From: an uncultured Sulfolobales archaeon
GTDB lineage: Archaea > Thermoproteota > Thermoprotei_A > Sulfolobales > NBVN01
Assembly (NCBI GenBank): GCA_938017505.1
Contig: CALIKV010000031.1
Coordinates: 2,511 to 66,510, forward strand
DNA length: 64,000 bases
Direction: 5' to 3'
Shown: positions 9,278-18,351 of the stretch, in pieces
Layout: each line of letters begins with the position of its first letter
How positions within the stretch are numbered: position 1 is the first letter of the stretch
The notes under the pieces: model-generated
The model's input: only the letters and a program-made list of their open reading frames with translations
Told to the model about the DNA's origin: nothing
The model's database searches: none
Translations under genes and position numbers: made by a program

Positions 9278-10114
9278 GTGGTGATTTGCCTGGTTAGGCT
9301 GTTTCTGACGAGGATAGATCCCCTGAGCGTGGCTCTCCCCGTCGGGATCCCGTACGGCTCCCTAACCCTGGTTCTAGGCCCCGGCGGCGTAGGAAAGTCT
9401 GTCATGCTAGCCAACCTATCATGGAACTTCCTGAGGAGCGAGGGGGGCACAGTCGTTTACGTCGCCTTCGACGATTCCCCTGACGCGTTGCTGTCGCTCT
9501 ACGAGTTCTTCAGCTGGGACGTGGGCGAGTACGTGCGTGAGGGCAGGCTTAAGATAGTGGATTGCTTCAGCTTCAGGCTCGGGGCCTTCAAGAAGGCCGT
9601 TAAGGGCGTTGTGAGGGAGCTGGAGGTTAAGGATTTAAGCTCCCTGGTCTACGCGATCAACGACGCCGCGCCCCCCGCTCAGGGCCCCTCGTTAGTCCTG
9701 ATAGACTCGTTCAACGAGTTAGTGCTTAAGTTCGAGGTTTCCCGGTTCCTCGACTTCATCAAGACTCTAAGGGCTATCGTTGGTAAGGGACTCGGCAACA
9801 TAGTGCTCGCCACGATACACACCACCACGGAGACGTTCCAGGAGGTGGTTAACTACTTGGAGTACCTGGTTGACGGGATCATAGAGACCAGGTTCAACCC
9901 ATCGCTCGTGGAGTACGGCATACCGATAAAGGAGTTAATGGTCAGGAAGATGAGGGGTGTGCCGACGAACCCGGTCTGGATCCCCTACGTCATAAGCGAA
10001 TCGGGCATATCGATGGTGGACATGCAGAAGCTGGCTAAGGTGCTGCAGAGTAAGGTGCAGGAGGTGGAGACCCTTAAGAAGATGCTATCGAGGGATACGG
10101 GTAGTGGGGGTTGA
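9278..10114 (+). CDS. KaiC/RAD55-family RecA-superfamily ATPase (single domain)
   Basis: Walker A GPGGVGKS, Walker B LVLIDS, EYLVDGII, VRKMRG. Confidence 0.88.
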   Translation: MVICLVRLFLTRIDPLSVALPVGIPYGSLTLVLGPGGVGKSVMLANLSWNFLRSEGGTVVYVAFDDSPDALLSLYEFFSWDVGEYVREGRLKIVDCFSFRLGAFKKAVKGVVRELEVKDLSSLVYAINDAAPPAQGPSLVLIDSFNELVLKFEVSRFLDFIKTLRAIVGKGLGNIVLATIHTTTETFQEVVNYLEYLVDGIIETRFNPSLVEYGIPIKELMVRKMRGVPTNPVWIPYVISESGISMVDMQKLAKVLQSKVQEVETLKKMLSRDTGSGG

Positions 10115-10356
10115 AGGTAGTAATAAACATCACCGCTGCATGTAACCTATGTAGATCCTGCGTTGAGCTATGCCCGACAGGAGTGTTCAGAGTAGAGAAC
10201 AGTAGAATCGCCTGCGATGAGGGCAAGTGCATCTACTGCAGGGGATGCGAGGTCATATGCCCCCAGAAAGCGATAAAGATCAAGCTGGACCTAGACACGC
10301 TGAAACACAAGGAAGTAGTGAAAACGATAACGGGGCTGGGGGATAAACACTTTTAA
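10111..10356 (+). CDS. 2x[4Fe-4S] ferredoxin
   Basis: Two CxxCxxCxxxCP motifs. Confidence 0.9.
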   Translation: MKVVINITAACNLCRSCVELCPTGVFRVENSRIACDEGKCIYCRGCEVICPQKAIKIKLDLDTLKHKEVVKTITGLGDKHF

Positions 10357-10380
10357 CTCTCGCAAGGATTAAATAATGGA

Positions 10381-10465
10381 GCCGGGGTCGCCTAGCCTGG
10401 TAGGGCGCCGGCCTGCTAAGCCGGTGGGGGATAACCCCGCGCGGGTTCGAATCCCGCCCCCGGCG
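10381..10465 (+). tRNA. tRNA-Ser(GCT)
   Basis: Acceptor GCCGGGG/CCCCGGC, anticodon arm CCGGC-CT-GCT-AA-GCCGG, long variable arm, GTTCGAATC, discriminator G; CCA not fully encoded. Confidence 0.95.
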
Positions 10466-10628
10466 CCTTTCGTCGTCGTTTCGGCTTTCATGAGGTTTTG
10501 AGTTTGTGTGGGTCGATGTCGTAAGACTCATAGTTCTCCACGTCGTTTGGCAGCTACTCGATGAGGGTTGGAGAGCATGTTGAGACCCTAAAGATGAGGG
10601 CCCCTCCCTGAGGGTAGTTAGGGCACTC

Positions 10629-10685
10629 AAGATGTGGGGGGAATAAAGCGATGAAAACAACTGAACCAACGTAAGAGCCGAACCC
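10629..10685 (+). mobile_element. Short degenerate tnpB 3'-end-like remnant (copy D)
   Basis: AGATGTGGGG...GATGAAA...GAACCC; shares the GAACC(C) end with copies A-C but lacks a clear hairpin. Confidence 0.35.
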
Positions 10686-10837
10686 TGTGGCAACCAACCT
10701 CTCCAGCCCGCTCTCGTCTTCGCTCAATCCACTAGCGACGTCTATTTTGAGCAGGTACTCTGAATATTTATTATTACCTGAATATTGTTACTAATTAATA
10801 ATAATATATAAAATACAGTAGTAAATAATTAAGTAGT

Positions 10838-12253
10838 GTGTCGAGGGCGATGGGTTTGCAAGAACTCCTCAGGCCTTACGTGTTTGGTGTTGAGGGTTTA
10901 GATAAGCTGTTTGGTGGCTCTATTCCATCTCCGTACGTTATAGTTATCGCCGGGCACCCGGGTTCAGGTAAGACTACTTTAGCATCAACGATTTGTTATA
11001 GTAACTCCCTGGCTAACCACAAATGCCTCTACGTGTCTCTCCAGGAGGATAGGGACAAGCTCTTCGGTTTCATGGGGAGGTTGGGCTTAGATCTGGAGGG
11101 GGCTGAGTCTAGAGGACTGCTCAAGTTCTTCAAGATCCCCGTAACCCTTGATATCGAGTCTTCCGTTGAGATGCTGAAGCTCGCGTCCATCGATAACTAC
11201 GACGTTCTGGTGATCGATTCCGTTAACGCGTTGCTGGAGGCCGTTAAGGACGACGCCAGCAGGAGGGCCTGGCTTCAGAACTTCTTCTACAGCCTGCCTA
11301 AAATAACGAATGGGTTAGTGATCCTGGTTGCGGAGCTGCCTCACAGTTCAGAGAGACTTGAGCTAGGCAGCATTGAATTCATAGCCGACGCGGTCTTGAT
11401 ACTCAAACATCAGGTTGAGGATGGACTCCTTACGAGAGTCCTTGAGGTGAGGAAGGCCAGAGGGGTGTCAATAACGCTGGCTGAAATACCGTTCTGGATA
11501 AGTGAGGGTAGAGGGGTTGAGATCTGGACACCCCCGCTGATTGAGGAGATATGGATTGAGGGTAAAAGGCTACAGCTACCGTGCGGGCTCCTAAGGAAGG
11601 TGTTCGACCACATCCATAAGGGTCAGGTAATTAACATCACGCACCCGCCGGAGAGCAGTTACTTGAACTACCTACCTATCTTATTCCTTAGCATGGCTAC
11701 GCTGAACGACTTAAGGCTACTGTTCGTAAGTTATAAACACCCGCGGGGATCGTTGAAAGTGCCAATCATCAGTGAGCTCGTGAGGCGAGGGGTTGAGCGG
11801 GCCGTCGCTGAGGAGGTCGTTGACAAGCACATGGTTTTCGTCAGCATTAATCCCTTCTCCTACAGTATCACTCAACTCACGGCGAAGGAGTTCGCTCTAG
11901 TCGACGACGTCAACGCTGATGTAGTGGTGTTCGATGGCGTAGAACTGCCGAGGCAAACTGTGGGATTGAGGAGGCATGTCCGGGAGCTGTTCAACGAGAT
12001 GAATTACCTGAGAAAGCGTGATAAGCTGGTCATACGTGTTGGGGCCTACGATGACGACCTAGCCTACAGGCTGGAATCCAGCGTGGCGGACGCCGTAGTG
12101 AGGCTCGAACACGTCGATACCGAGGCCGGCGAGGTGGCCTATAAGGCGTTCATGTGGAGGACTTATAGAATGCCTTACGTAGCATCGCAGCAAGAACTTA
12201 TGGAATGCATTGATGAAGGGATAGAAGCGTTAAAGGCTCAACTGATAAAGTAG
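10838..12253 (+). CDS. KaiC-like two-domain ATPase with degenerate second domain
   Basis: Domain 1: GHPGSGKT, VLVIDS, EFIADAV, VRKARG. Domain 2 keeps VVVFDG and SVADAVV but Walker A is eroded (THPPESSY). Confidence 0.85.
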   Translation: MSRAMGLQELLRPYVFGVEGLDKLFGGSIPSPYVIVIAGHPGSGKTTLASTICYSNSLANHKCLYVSLQEDRDKLFGFMGRLGLDLEGAESRGLLKFFKIPVTLDIESSVEMLKLASIDNYDVLVIDSVNALLEAVKDDASRRAWLQNFFYSLPKITNGLVILVAELPHSSERLELGSIEFIADAVLILKHQVEDGLLTRVLEVRKARGVSITLAEIPFWISEGRGVEIWTPPLIEEIWIEGKRLQLPCGLLRKVFDHIHKGQVINITHPPESSYLNYLPILFLSMATLNDLRLLFVSYKHPRGSLKVPIISELVRRGVERAVAEEVVDKHMVFVSINPFSYSITQLTAKEFALVDDVNADVVVFDGVELPRQTVGLRRHVRELFNEMNYLRKRDKLVIRVGAYDDDLAYRLESSVADAVVRLEHVDTEAGEVAYKAFMWRTYRMPYVASQQELMECIDEGIEALKAQLIK

Positions 12254-12281
12254 CTCGGAGCAGCCACGTTGCCTATTAGCT

Positions 12282-12465
12282 CGTGAACGTCGTCCTAGCG
12301 TCTCTCCTAGCCCTAGGACAGGGTTTCGCTTAATACGGGTTAGTCCAACGTGCAACCGGACATCGTCGTGGCGATAGCCGGTAGAATAGTGAGCGATCGC
12401 ATCTCTCGTAAACTATATTCATCTCGGGGGACTCTTTTGAGCGACGTCCCTATAGAATTGTAGAG
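12282..12465 (+). pseudogene. Possible decayed MFS transporter fragment
   Basis: Frames give VNVVLASLLALGQGF* and IVVAIAGRIVSDRISRKL (like MFS motif A, GxxxDRxGRK), interrupted by stops and frameshifts. Confidence 0.4.
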
Positions 12466-12568
12466 ACCTCGAGTCTGTAGCGACGCGTTCCTCAACGCAC
12501 GCCAGTTAACACGCTGAGCGATGGTAAAGCTCGGCCCAGCTCTTGCCGTCACGTTCCTCACACGACTA

Positions 12569-13456
12569 TTAGGTATCGCAGTTACTGAGGTCTTTGGTCA
12601 GCAGGTACTCAGTCTCCCGCGTGCGGAAGCTCATCGCGATTAACTCTAATACTAGAACTTTCTTCGACGCGTCTACAGGTATTACTATCTCATTGAGTTT
12701 TTCCTTGATAGCAGTTGCCTTGAGCTTGTGAACGATCTCCGTAAGCACATTCGTGGCGTTGTATGAGGAGAGGGCTACGTAGTTGACGAACATCCTGCCG
12801 TTGTGCGAGAACTCAGCCACCCCCCTGACCCTCCTCCCGGACTTAACGACGATAGCTCTCTCACCTTTCAGGTACCGCTTGTAGATGATCCTGTGGACGT
12901 CCTCGATCAAGTTACTCCACCAGGTCGTTGGCCTCAACCTCAAGCGTCTCAGCCTCCCGGCAGGGATCTCCTCGACTGTGTAGTGGTTTTCCGGATGAGG
13001 GGGGTCTAGTCTGTGCGGGTCTGCTGAGAGTATCATCACCATGCCCCTGACCACGTACCCCCTCCTCAAGTAGAAGTCTAAAGCCCTCAGATTCCAGCTC
13101 TTGACGCTTAAGGTGACTACCTCAACACCCTCACGCCTGAGCGAGTTCTCCAGAGTGCTTAGCAGGAACCCCCCAACACCACGGCCCCTCACGCCCTCAT
13201 CTACCGCTATGCTGTCGAGGAACGCGATCCTCCCCTGCTTATAGACTACAGCGAAGCCGACCACAACCCCGCTGGACTCAACCACGGCAACTCTTTTCCT
13301 CCTAGACCTAGTCCTAACCAACGCCCTGAACCACTCGTAATCAGCCTCGTCCAGAGCGCCTAGAGCGTGAGAGTAGATCTCGAAAACCCTCCCCACATCG
13401 TTAGGCTCTGCATCCCTCACCACGAACCCGCCTGACCGAGCGGGTTCGTCGAGCAC
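12569..13456 (-). CDS. GNAT-family N-acetyltransferase
   Basis: IAVDEGVRGRGVG (motif A), NLRALDFY; probable second degenerate GNAT domain. Confidence 0.88.
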   Translation of the reverse strand: MLDEPARSGGFVVRDAEPNDVGRVFEIYSHALGALDEADYEWFRALVRTRSRRKRVAVVESSGVVVGFAVVYKQGRIAFLDSIAVDEGVRGRGVGGFLLSTLENSLRREGVEVVTLSVKSWNLRALDFYLRRGYVVRGMVMILSADPHRLDPPHPENHYTVEEIPAGRLRRLRLRPTTWWSNLIEDVHRIIYKRYLKGERAIVVKSGRRVRGVAEFSHNGRMFVNYVALSSYNATNVLTEIVHKLKATAIKEKLNEIVIPVDASKKVLVLELIAMSFRTRETEYLLTKDLSNCDT

Positions 13457-13582
13457 TCAAACCGCCATACTCCCAACACACACCGTAGTTATAGACAACT
13501 AAGTTAATAAGCGTTCGGTAAGGTCCCAGGCCCTAGACTTCAGGCTTTACAAGCCTTCTCCCCGTTCTTCAGAGTGGTGTTT

Positions 13583-13684
13583 GGGTTCTGAGCTACGTAG
13601 TCTTTGATAGACTTACGTAACTCTTGAGATTCATCAGCCTAAAGCCCTCACGAGTTCATCAGGGCCCTCATCAGCCTCCTCCCC
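13583..13684 (-). mobile_element. IS200/IS605 tnpB 3'-end/omega-RNA-like element (copy A)
   Basis: About 80% identical by hand alignment to 33231-33328, with an exact shared 20-mer GTCTATCAAAGACTACGTAG; terminal hairpin followed by AGAAC. Confidence 0.7.
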
Positions 13685-13763
13685 ACCTACCCAGCTTACA
13701 TGACTCATGAGGGAAGACGCCAGACTTATTAACTCTTTGTTGATATAATCATGTGTGATGTAA

Positions 13764-15002
13764 ATGTCTGTAAGGGACTTATTCAAGGTCATCGACGATA
13801 TGCGTTACGAGCTCGTTGATTTAACGAGGGAGTTCATCCAGATCCCCACAATCAACCCGCCTGGGGAGCGTTACGAGGAGATGGCAGGGTTAATTGCTAG
13901 GAGACTTAATGAGTCGGGTTTCTCCGCTCAGCTCGTCAGAGTCCCTGACGAGCTGTTAAGGGGGTTAAAGCTTGAGTTACCGCGTGTTAACGTGGTCGGC
14001 ATCCTAAGAGGTTCTGGCGGCGGGCACGCCCTGTGTTATAACGGGCACTACGACGTGGTTCCACCCGGTAGCGGGTGGAGTGTGGAGCCCTTCAGCGGCG
14101 TTGTAAGGGACGGGAAGATCTACGGCAGAGGCGCTGCAGACATGAAGGGGGCTAACGCAGCCATGATCGTAGCTGTTAAGGCGTTGAAGGAGGCGGGCTT
14201 CAAGCTGAAGGGCGACGTAGTTTACGTTGCGACGCCTGATGAGGAGACAGGGGGTCACGCTGGCGCTGAGTACGTCGTTAAAGAGGGCTTAGTCAAGGGC
14301 GACGCGTGCGTGGTTGGCGAGCCCACGGAAGTCGACAAGATCGCGGTCGCTCATAAGGGTGCTCTATGGCTTGAGTTAACGACTCAAGGTAAGGCGGCTC
14401 ACGGGAGCCTCCCTCACAGAGGGATCAACGCCGTTGAGAAGATGGCTAAGGTGATAGTCGCACTCGAGAAGCTTAAAGCCGATTTAGTTAGACGAGAGAC
14501 TAAAGCCCCCATGCCTGAGGAATCCAGGACGCCAACCATGATGATAGGGGGTCTCATACAGGGTGGAGTGAAGATAAACGTGGTCCCGGACAGGTGTACC
14601 GTGACTATAGACAGGCGCTTAATACCTGAGGAGGACGTGGAGCAAGTGAAGAACGAGATACAGGACTTCATCGAGAAGCTGAAGAGCGAGGATCCGGAAC
14701 TCCGCGTTAACCTCAGGGTCCTCGAGAAAGCGTCTCCCGCGTACACGCGCGAGGATGAAGAGATAGTTAAGGCTGTTAGGGACGCCATTAAGAAGGTAAC
14801 GGGTAGGGAGGCTATCATCTCAGGCCTCACGGGATTCACTGACATGAGGTTCTTCAACCAGGTGATGCCGACGATACTCTACGGGCCTGGAAGCATGTCT
14901 CAAGCCCACGTAGCGGATGAACACGTGTCGGTGGAAGACCTGGTAACTGGGACTAAGGTGTATGCTCTGGCCATGTTAGAGTTCCTCGGCTATGAGGAGT
15001 AA
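13764..15002 (+). CDS. M20 metallopeptidase, ArgE/DapE-family deacylase
   Basis: NGHYDVV, GRGAADMK, PDEETGG, GEPT, AAHGS, AHVADEH. Confidence 0.92.
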   Translation: MSVRDLFKVIDDMRYELVDLTREFIQIPTINPPGERYEEMAGLIARRLNESGFSAQLVRVPDELLRGLKLELPRVNVVGILRGSGGGHALCYNGHYDVVPPGSGWSVEPFSGVVRDGKIYGRGAADMKGANAAMIVAVKALKEAGFKLKGDVVYVATPDEETGGHAGAEYVVKEGLVKGDACVVGEPTEVDKIAVAHKGALWLELTTQGKAAHGSLPHRGINAVEKMAKVIVALEKLKADLVRRETKAPMPEESRTPTMMIGGLIQGGVKINVVPDRCTVTIDRRLIPEEDVEQVKNEIQDFIEKLKSEDPELRVNLRVLEKASPAYTREDEEIVKAVRDAIKKVTGREAIISGLTGFTDMRFFNQVMPTILYGPGSMSQAHVADEHVSVEDLVTGTKVYALAMLEFLGYEE

Positions 15003-15010
15003 GGGGGGCA

Positions 15011-15027
15011 TTTTTATATTAAAAAAA
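15011..15027. terminator. Probable bidirectional oligo-T terminator
   Basis: TTTTT then AAAAAAA between two convergent genes. Confidence 0.45.
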
Positions 15028-15043
15028 TTAATGAAATAATTCC

Positions 15044-16489
15044 TCACGTGAAGAATTTGTTTAACGTCTCTTCGGAGGGAGGTTTAGTGAGGAGGGAGAC
15101 TAAGATAGCTACTGGGAAGTTAGCGGCAAGCCCCCAAATGCCTGAGTTTATCTGGAGTGGGTTAGACCAGTAGAACGTGGTGAGTAGCACTACTATCGTC
15201 CCGACAACTATCCCGGCGAAGATCCCATGCTTCGTCGCTCTCCGCCAGAGCATTGCAAACATTGTGCCCGGTAGGAATTGAACAACGCCTGAATACGCTA
15301 TCAAGAGGAGGTTAACCAGTAGGGACGGGTAGTAAAGCGATAGGATTAACGTCACCACGCTGACGATGATCGTTAAGATCCTGGCCACCCACGCGGTAGA
15401 TATGTCGCTTAAGCCCCTCAGGAAACCTCTCTGGATTAAGTTCCTTGATATTAGGACCGCTGTTGCTTGTATTAAGCTGCCGCCACTTGACACGGCGGCC
15501 GCCAGACCTCCGGCGCCTATTATGCCTACCAGGACTGGCGGGAAGAACTCCCTCGCGCTCACCATCACCGCGGTGTCCGGGTTCGGAAGCTTGGGGAAGA
15601 GGAGTAAGGAGCTGAAGCCTACTAGGACTATAGGGACGGCTAGGACAGAGTACCATGACATCCAAGCACAACTGCGCATTGCAACCCGTTCCGACTTAGC
15701 CGCGTACATCCTTGAGACTAGATGTGGGAACATCCAGAACCCAAGCGTTGTGAGCGTTAGGGTCGACATATACCACGGAATCCCGTGAATGCCCTTGGCG
15801 CCCGGCAGCGTTAGGTGTGCTGGACTCGTGCTCAACACCCTGTTGAACAGCTCTCCTATATTACCGAAGGCTAATATGGGTATTGTGAATAGCATGAAGG
15901 CGGCGACGAACATGAGTATGCCTTGCAGGACGTTAGTCCACGCGAGACCCCTGTAACCCCCTATGAAGAGGAATATCGTCACACAGATGTAAGCTATCAG
16001 TATCGACGTGGTTCTATCTATGGCTCCGTAGCTAGCTATCTCGACAATTATGCCGGTGCCTTGAATCTGGAGCTGTATGTAGGGTAGTAGGAAGGCAATG
16101 CCGGAGAAAGCTACCAAGATGCCTAGAGCAGTGCTCTCGTACCTGTGCATGAATAGATCTGGCTGAGTTATGTACCCGAACTTCCTTGAGAGTCTGTTGT
16201 AGTAGGGAGCCAGTAGGAAGCCTGTTGAGTAAGCAGTGACGAAGTACGCTAACGCGTAGTATATTGGAGCTCCGTAATTGAACGCCCACCCGGCCAGGCC
16301 GAGGAACGTGAAGGCACTATATATCTCCGCGGCTAAAGTGAAGAACACTACGACGAAGCTTAGGTTTCTTGAGGCTACAGTCCATTCCTCAAGGCTGAAC
16401 TTCTTCAGAACGCCTGCCATTATAGCTACTATCGTCGAGACTATCAACCAGCCGAATATTATTATAAGCGCTATTATCTCCATCCTCAT
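15044..16489 (-). CDS. Sodium:solute symporter (SSS family)
   Basis: About 13 TM helices; SAFTFLGLAG, GGYRGLAWTNVLQG, AAAVSS. Confidence 0.9.
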   Translation of the reverse strand: MRMEIIALIIIFGWLIVSTIVAIMAGVLKKFSLEEWTVASRNLSFVVVFFTLAAEIYSAFTFLGLAGWAFNYGAPIYYALAYFVTAYSTGFLLAPYYNRLSRKFGYITQPDLFMHRYESTALGILVAFSGIAFLLPYIQLQIQGTGIIVEIASYGAIDRTTSILIAYICVTIFLFIGGYRGLAWTNVLQGILMFVAAFMLFTIPILAFGNIGELFNRVLSTSPAHLTLPGAKGIHGIPWYMSTLTLTTLGFWMFPHLVSRMYAAKSERVAMRSCAWMSWYSVLAVPIVLVGFSSLLLFPKLPNPDTAVMVSAREFFPPVLVGIIGAGGLAAAVSSGGSLIQATAVLISRNLIQRGFLRGLSDISTAWVARILTIIVSVVTLILSLYYPSLLVNLLLIAYSGVVQFLPGTMFAMLWRRATKHGIFAGIVVGTIVVLLTTFYWSNPLQINSGIWGLAANFPVAILVSLLTKPPSEETLNKFFT

Positions 16490-16695
16490 TCACCCCTCGT
16501 ACGGACTAAGTACGCTAACGTCAGTATCACCGGCCCTATGATCAACCACATCACATGCCAGAACAGGTTGAAAGGCAGTCCAAACACGAAAGGCTCCACT
16601 ATAGGCATGACCAGAGGAGCGCCGAATATCATGACCACCGGGGGTATAACGGCCACTAGAAATGTTAATCTCTCCCTAGATGAGCGGCTGCTCAT
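16486..16695 (-). CDS. Small 2-TM SSS partner protein (DUF3311-like)
   Basis: EPFVFGLPFNLFW motif; 4-nt overlap with the symporter start. Confidence 0.75.
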   Translation of the reverse strand: MSSRSSRERLTFLVAVIPPVVMIFGAPLVMPIVEPFVFGLPFNLFWHVMWLIIGPVILTLAYLVRTRGE

Positions 16696-16864
16696 TAGAT
16701 TTACACCAAAGACTTAATATAGCCTGGGATATTTAAGCATTTCTTTTTAACAGTAGAACGTTGGTTAATACTAAAAATTATTTCTCCTAGCAGCAGGAAA
16801 CCCTCCACAAAAATAAATGGAGTCTAAAATAAATATGCTCATTAACATTCACCGCTGATCTTGT

Positions 16865-16916
16865 CAATGCCATAGACAAGTTAATAATTACAATGCCATA
16901 GGCGAGTTAATAATTA
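16865..16916. repeat. Tandem 26-bp direct repeat in a divergent promoter region
   Basis: CAATGCCATAGACAAGTTAATAATTA / CAATGCCATAGGCGAGTTAATAATTA (24/26 identical). Confidence 0.9.
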
Positions 16917-17027
16917 TAAGGAGAAAATTACTAGAATATCCTGATTAAGAAAAGAACAGTGTTGAATGTTATCTTAAATGCAAAGATTTAAAAACCCAGA
17001 AGCTAATGTAGTGTGGTGTAATATATA

Positions 17028-18293
17028 ATGTCTTCCAAAGGAGGTATTGGAGCAAAAACTCTCTACATCATTGTAGGTTTAGTAGCGGTTCTCGTGATCG
17101 CTGTCGGGGTCGCGTATTATCTGAGCTTGCCACCAGCGGGTCAGGAGGTTCAGGTCATTAAGATAGGTGGTGTGGGGCCCCTATCAGCGCCTGGAGCGTC
17201 CATTCAAGGGGTTGAGCTAAAGAAGGGCATTGAGATAGCTGTTGAGCTGATTAACCAGGAGGGCGGGCTTCTAGGCAAGAAGGTTGAGCTAGTGTTCGAG
17301 GACACGCAGGGGACGCCTGAGAAGGGAACGACTGCTATGGAGAAGCTCATAATGCAGGACAAGGTCCCGATCGTTGTGGGCGAGTACCACAGCTCAGTGT
17401 TCCTGGCCGAGATGGAGGTTGCCCGTAAGTACGGGATACCGATAATCGATGCCTCGGCATGGAGTTCGACAATCCGCACTAAACAGTATAGGGAAGTGTT
17501 CGCCACGGCTCCATGCACTGCGTTGAACGCCGAGCATGAAGCGAAGTTCATCGTGGCTTCAGGCTTTAAGAACGTCCTCATACTGGCTGAGGACACGGAC
17601 TACGGCATAGATATGGCGCGCGACTTGACATCAGCGTTGAGGCGTTTGGGCTTCAACGGTAGCGTAGTTACTGAGATTGTCTCGCGAACTGCCAAGGACT
17701 TCACGCCCACATTGCTCAAGTACAAGAACTTGCCGACGCCGCCGGATATAATAGTCTTGCCGGCCACACCGCCAGCAGGCTTCCTGATCATTAAGCAGGC
17801 CTACGAGATAGGTCTAGTGCCAGAGATAGCTTTAGCGTATGAGGTAACTGGCGCGGGCGACAGGTATACTGAGCTGTGGCCGGCAGTGGGTGATGGAGGC
17901 AAATACCTAGTGTACTTCACGCCTTACAGCCCTAGAATAACGTTAACTTCACTAGGGGATAAAGTTAGAGAAATCTACAAGAGCAGATATGGAGCTGAGC
18001 CGACATACATAGTGTTCAACGGTTTTGACGCTGCTTGGGCAGCGTTACACGCGATTAAGAAGGCCGGGAGCACTACTCCCAGCGCCTTAATTAAAGCCCT
18101 AGAGACGTTGGATATCATGGGGACTAGAGGGGTTATAAAGTTCTCCAACGCCACAAGCCCCGCGTACTACTATCATCAATGGCTAGAGGTCCCGGTCCTC
18201 ACGTGCCAGTACAAGGAAGTCAACCAGGCGCCGACGGAATCAGACATCATATACCCGCCGGAATTTGCTACGGGAACTCTCGTTAAGCCGTAA
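17028..18293 (+). CDS. livK: Branched-chain amino acid-type ABC substrate-binding protein
   Basis: N-terminal TM anchor; IKIG..PLS, INQEGGLLGKKVELVFEDT, VGEYHSS, EDTDYG. Confidence 0.88.
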   Translation: MSSKGGIGAKTLYIIVGLVAVLVIAVGVAYYLSLPPAGQEVQVIKIGGVGPLSAPGASIQGVELKKGIEIAVELINQEGGLLGKKVELVFEDTQGTPEKGTTAMEKLIMQDKVPIVVGEYHSSVFLAEMEVARKYGIPIIDASAWSSTIRTKQYREVFATAPCTALNAEHEAKFIVASGFKNVLILAEDTDYGIDMARDLTSALRRLGFNGSVVTEIVSRTAKDFTPTLLKYKNLPTPPDIIVLPATPPAGFLIIKQAYEIGLVPEIALAYEVTGAGDRYTELWPAVGDGGKYLVYFTPYSPRITLTSLGDKVREIYKSRYGAEPTYIVFNGFDAAWAALHAIKKAGSTTPSALIKALETLDIMGTRGVIKFSNATSPAYYYHQWLEVPVLTCQYKEVNQAPTESDIIYPPEFATGTLVKP

Positions 18294-18351
18294 CGCTTAT
18301 AAACCTAAAGATTCATCTGTTTTCCCTTAAAATGGATTAAGTTGGTAGGCG

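Noticed and set aside
10280-10693. 137-aa minus-strand ORF
   Set aside because: Antisense shadow of the ferredoxin and tRNA-Ser (RRGRDSNPR is a tRNA artefact).
13630-13675. Copy A as a C/D-box sRNA (three CTGATGA motifs)
   Set aside because: Box order and spacing do not give two 10-12 nt guides, and the sequence belongs to the dispersed repeat family.
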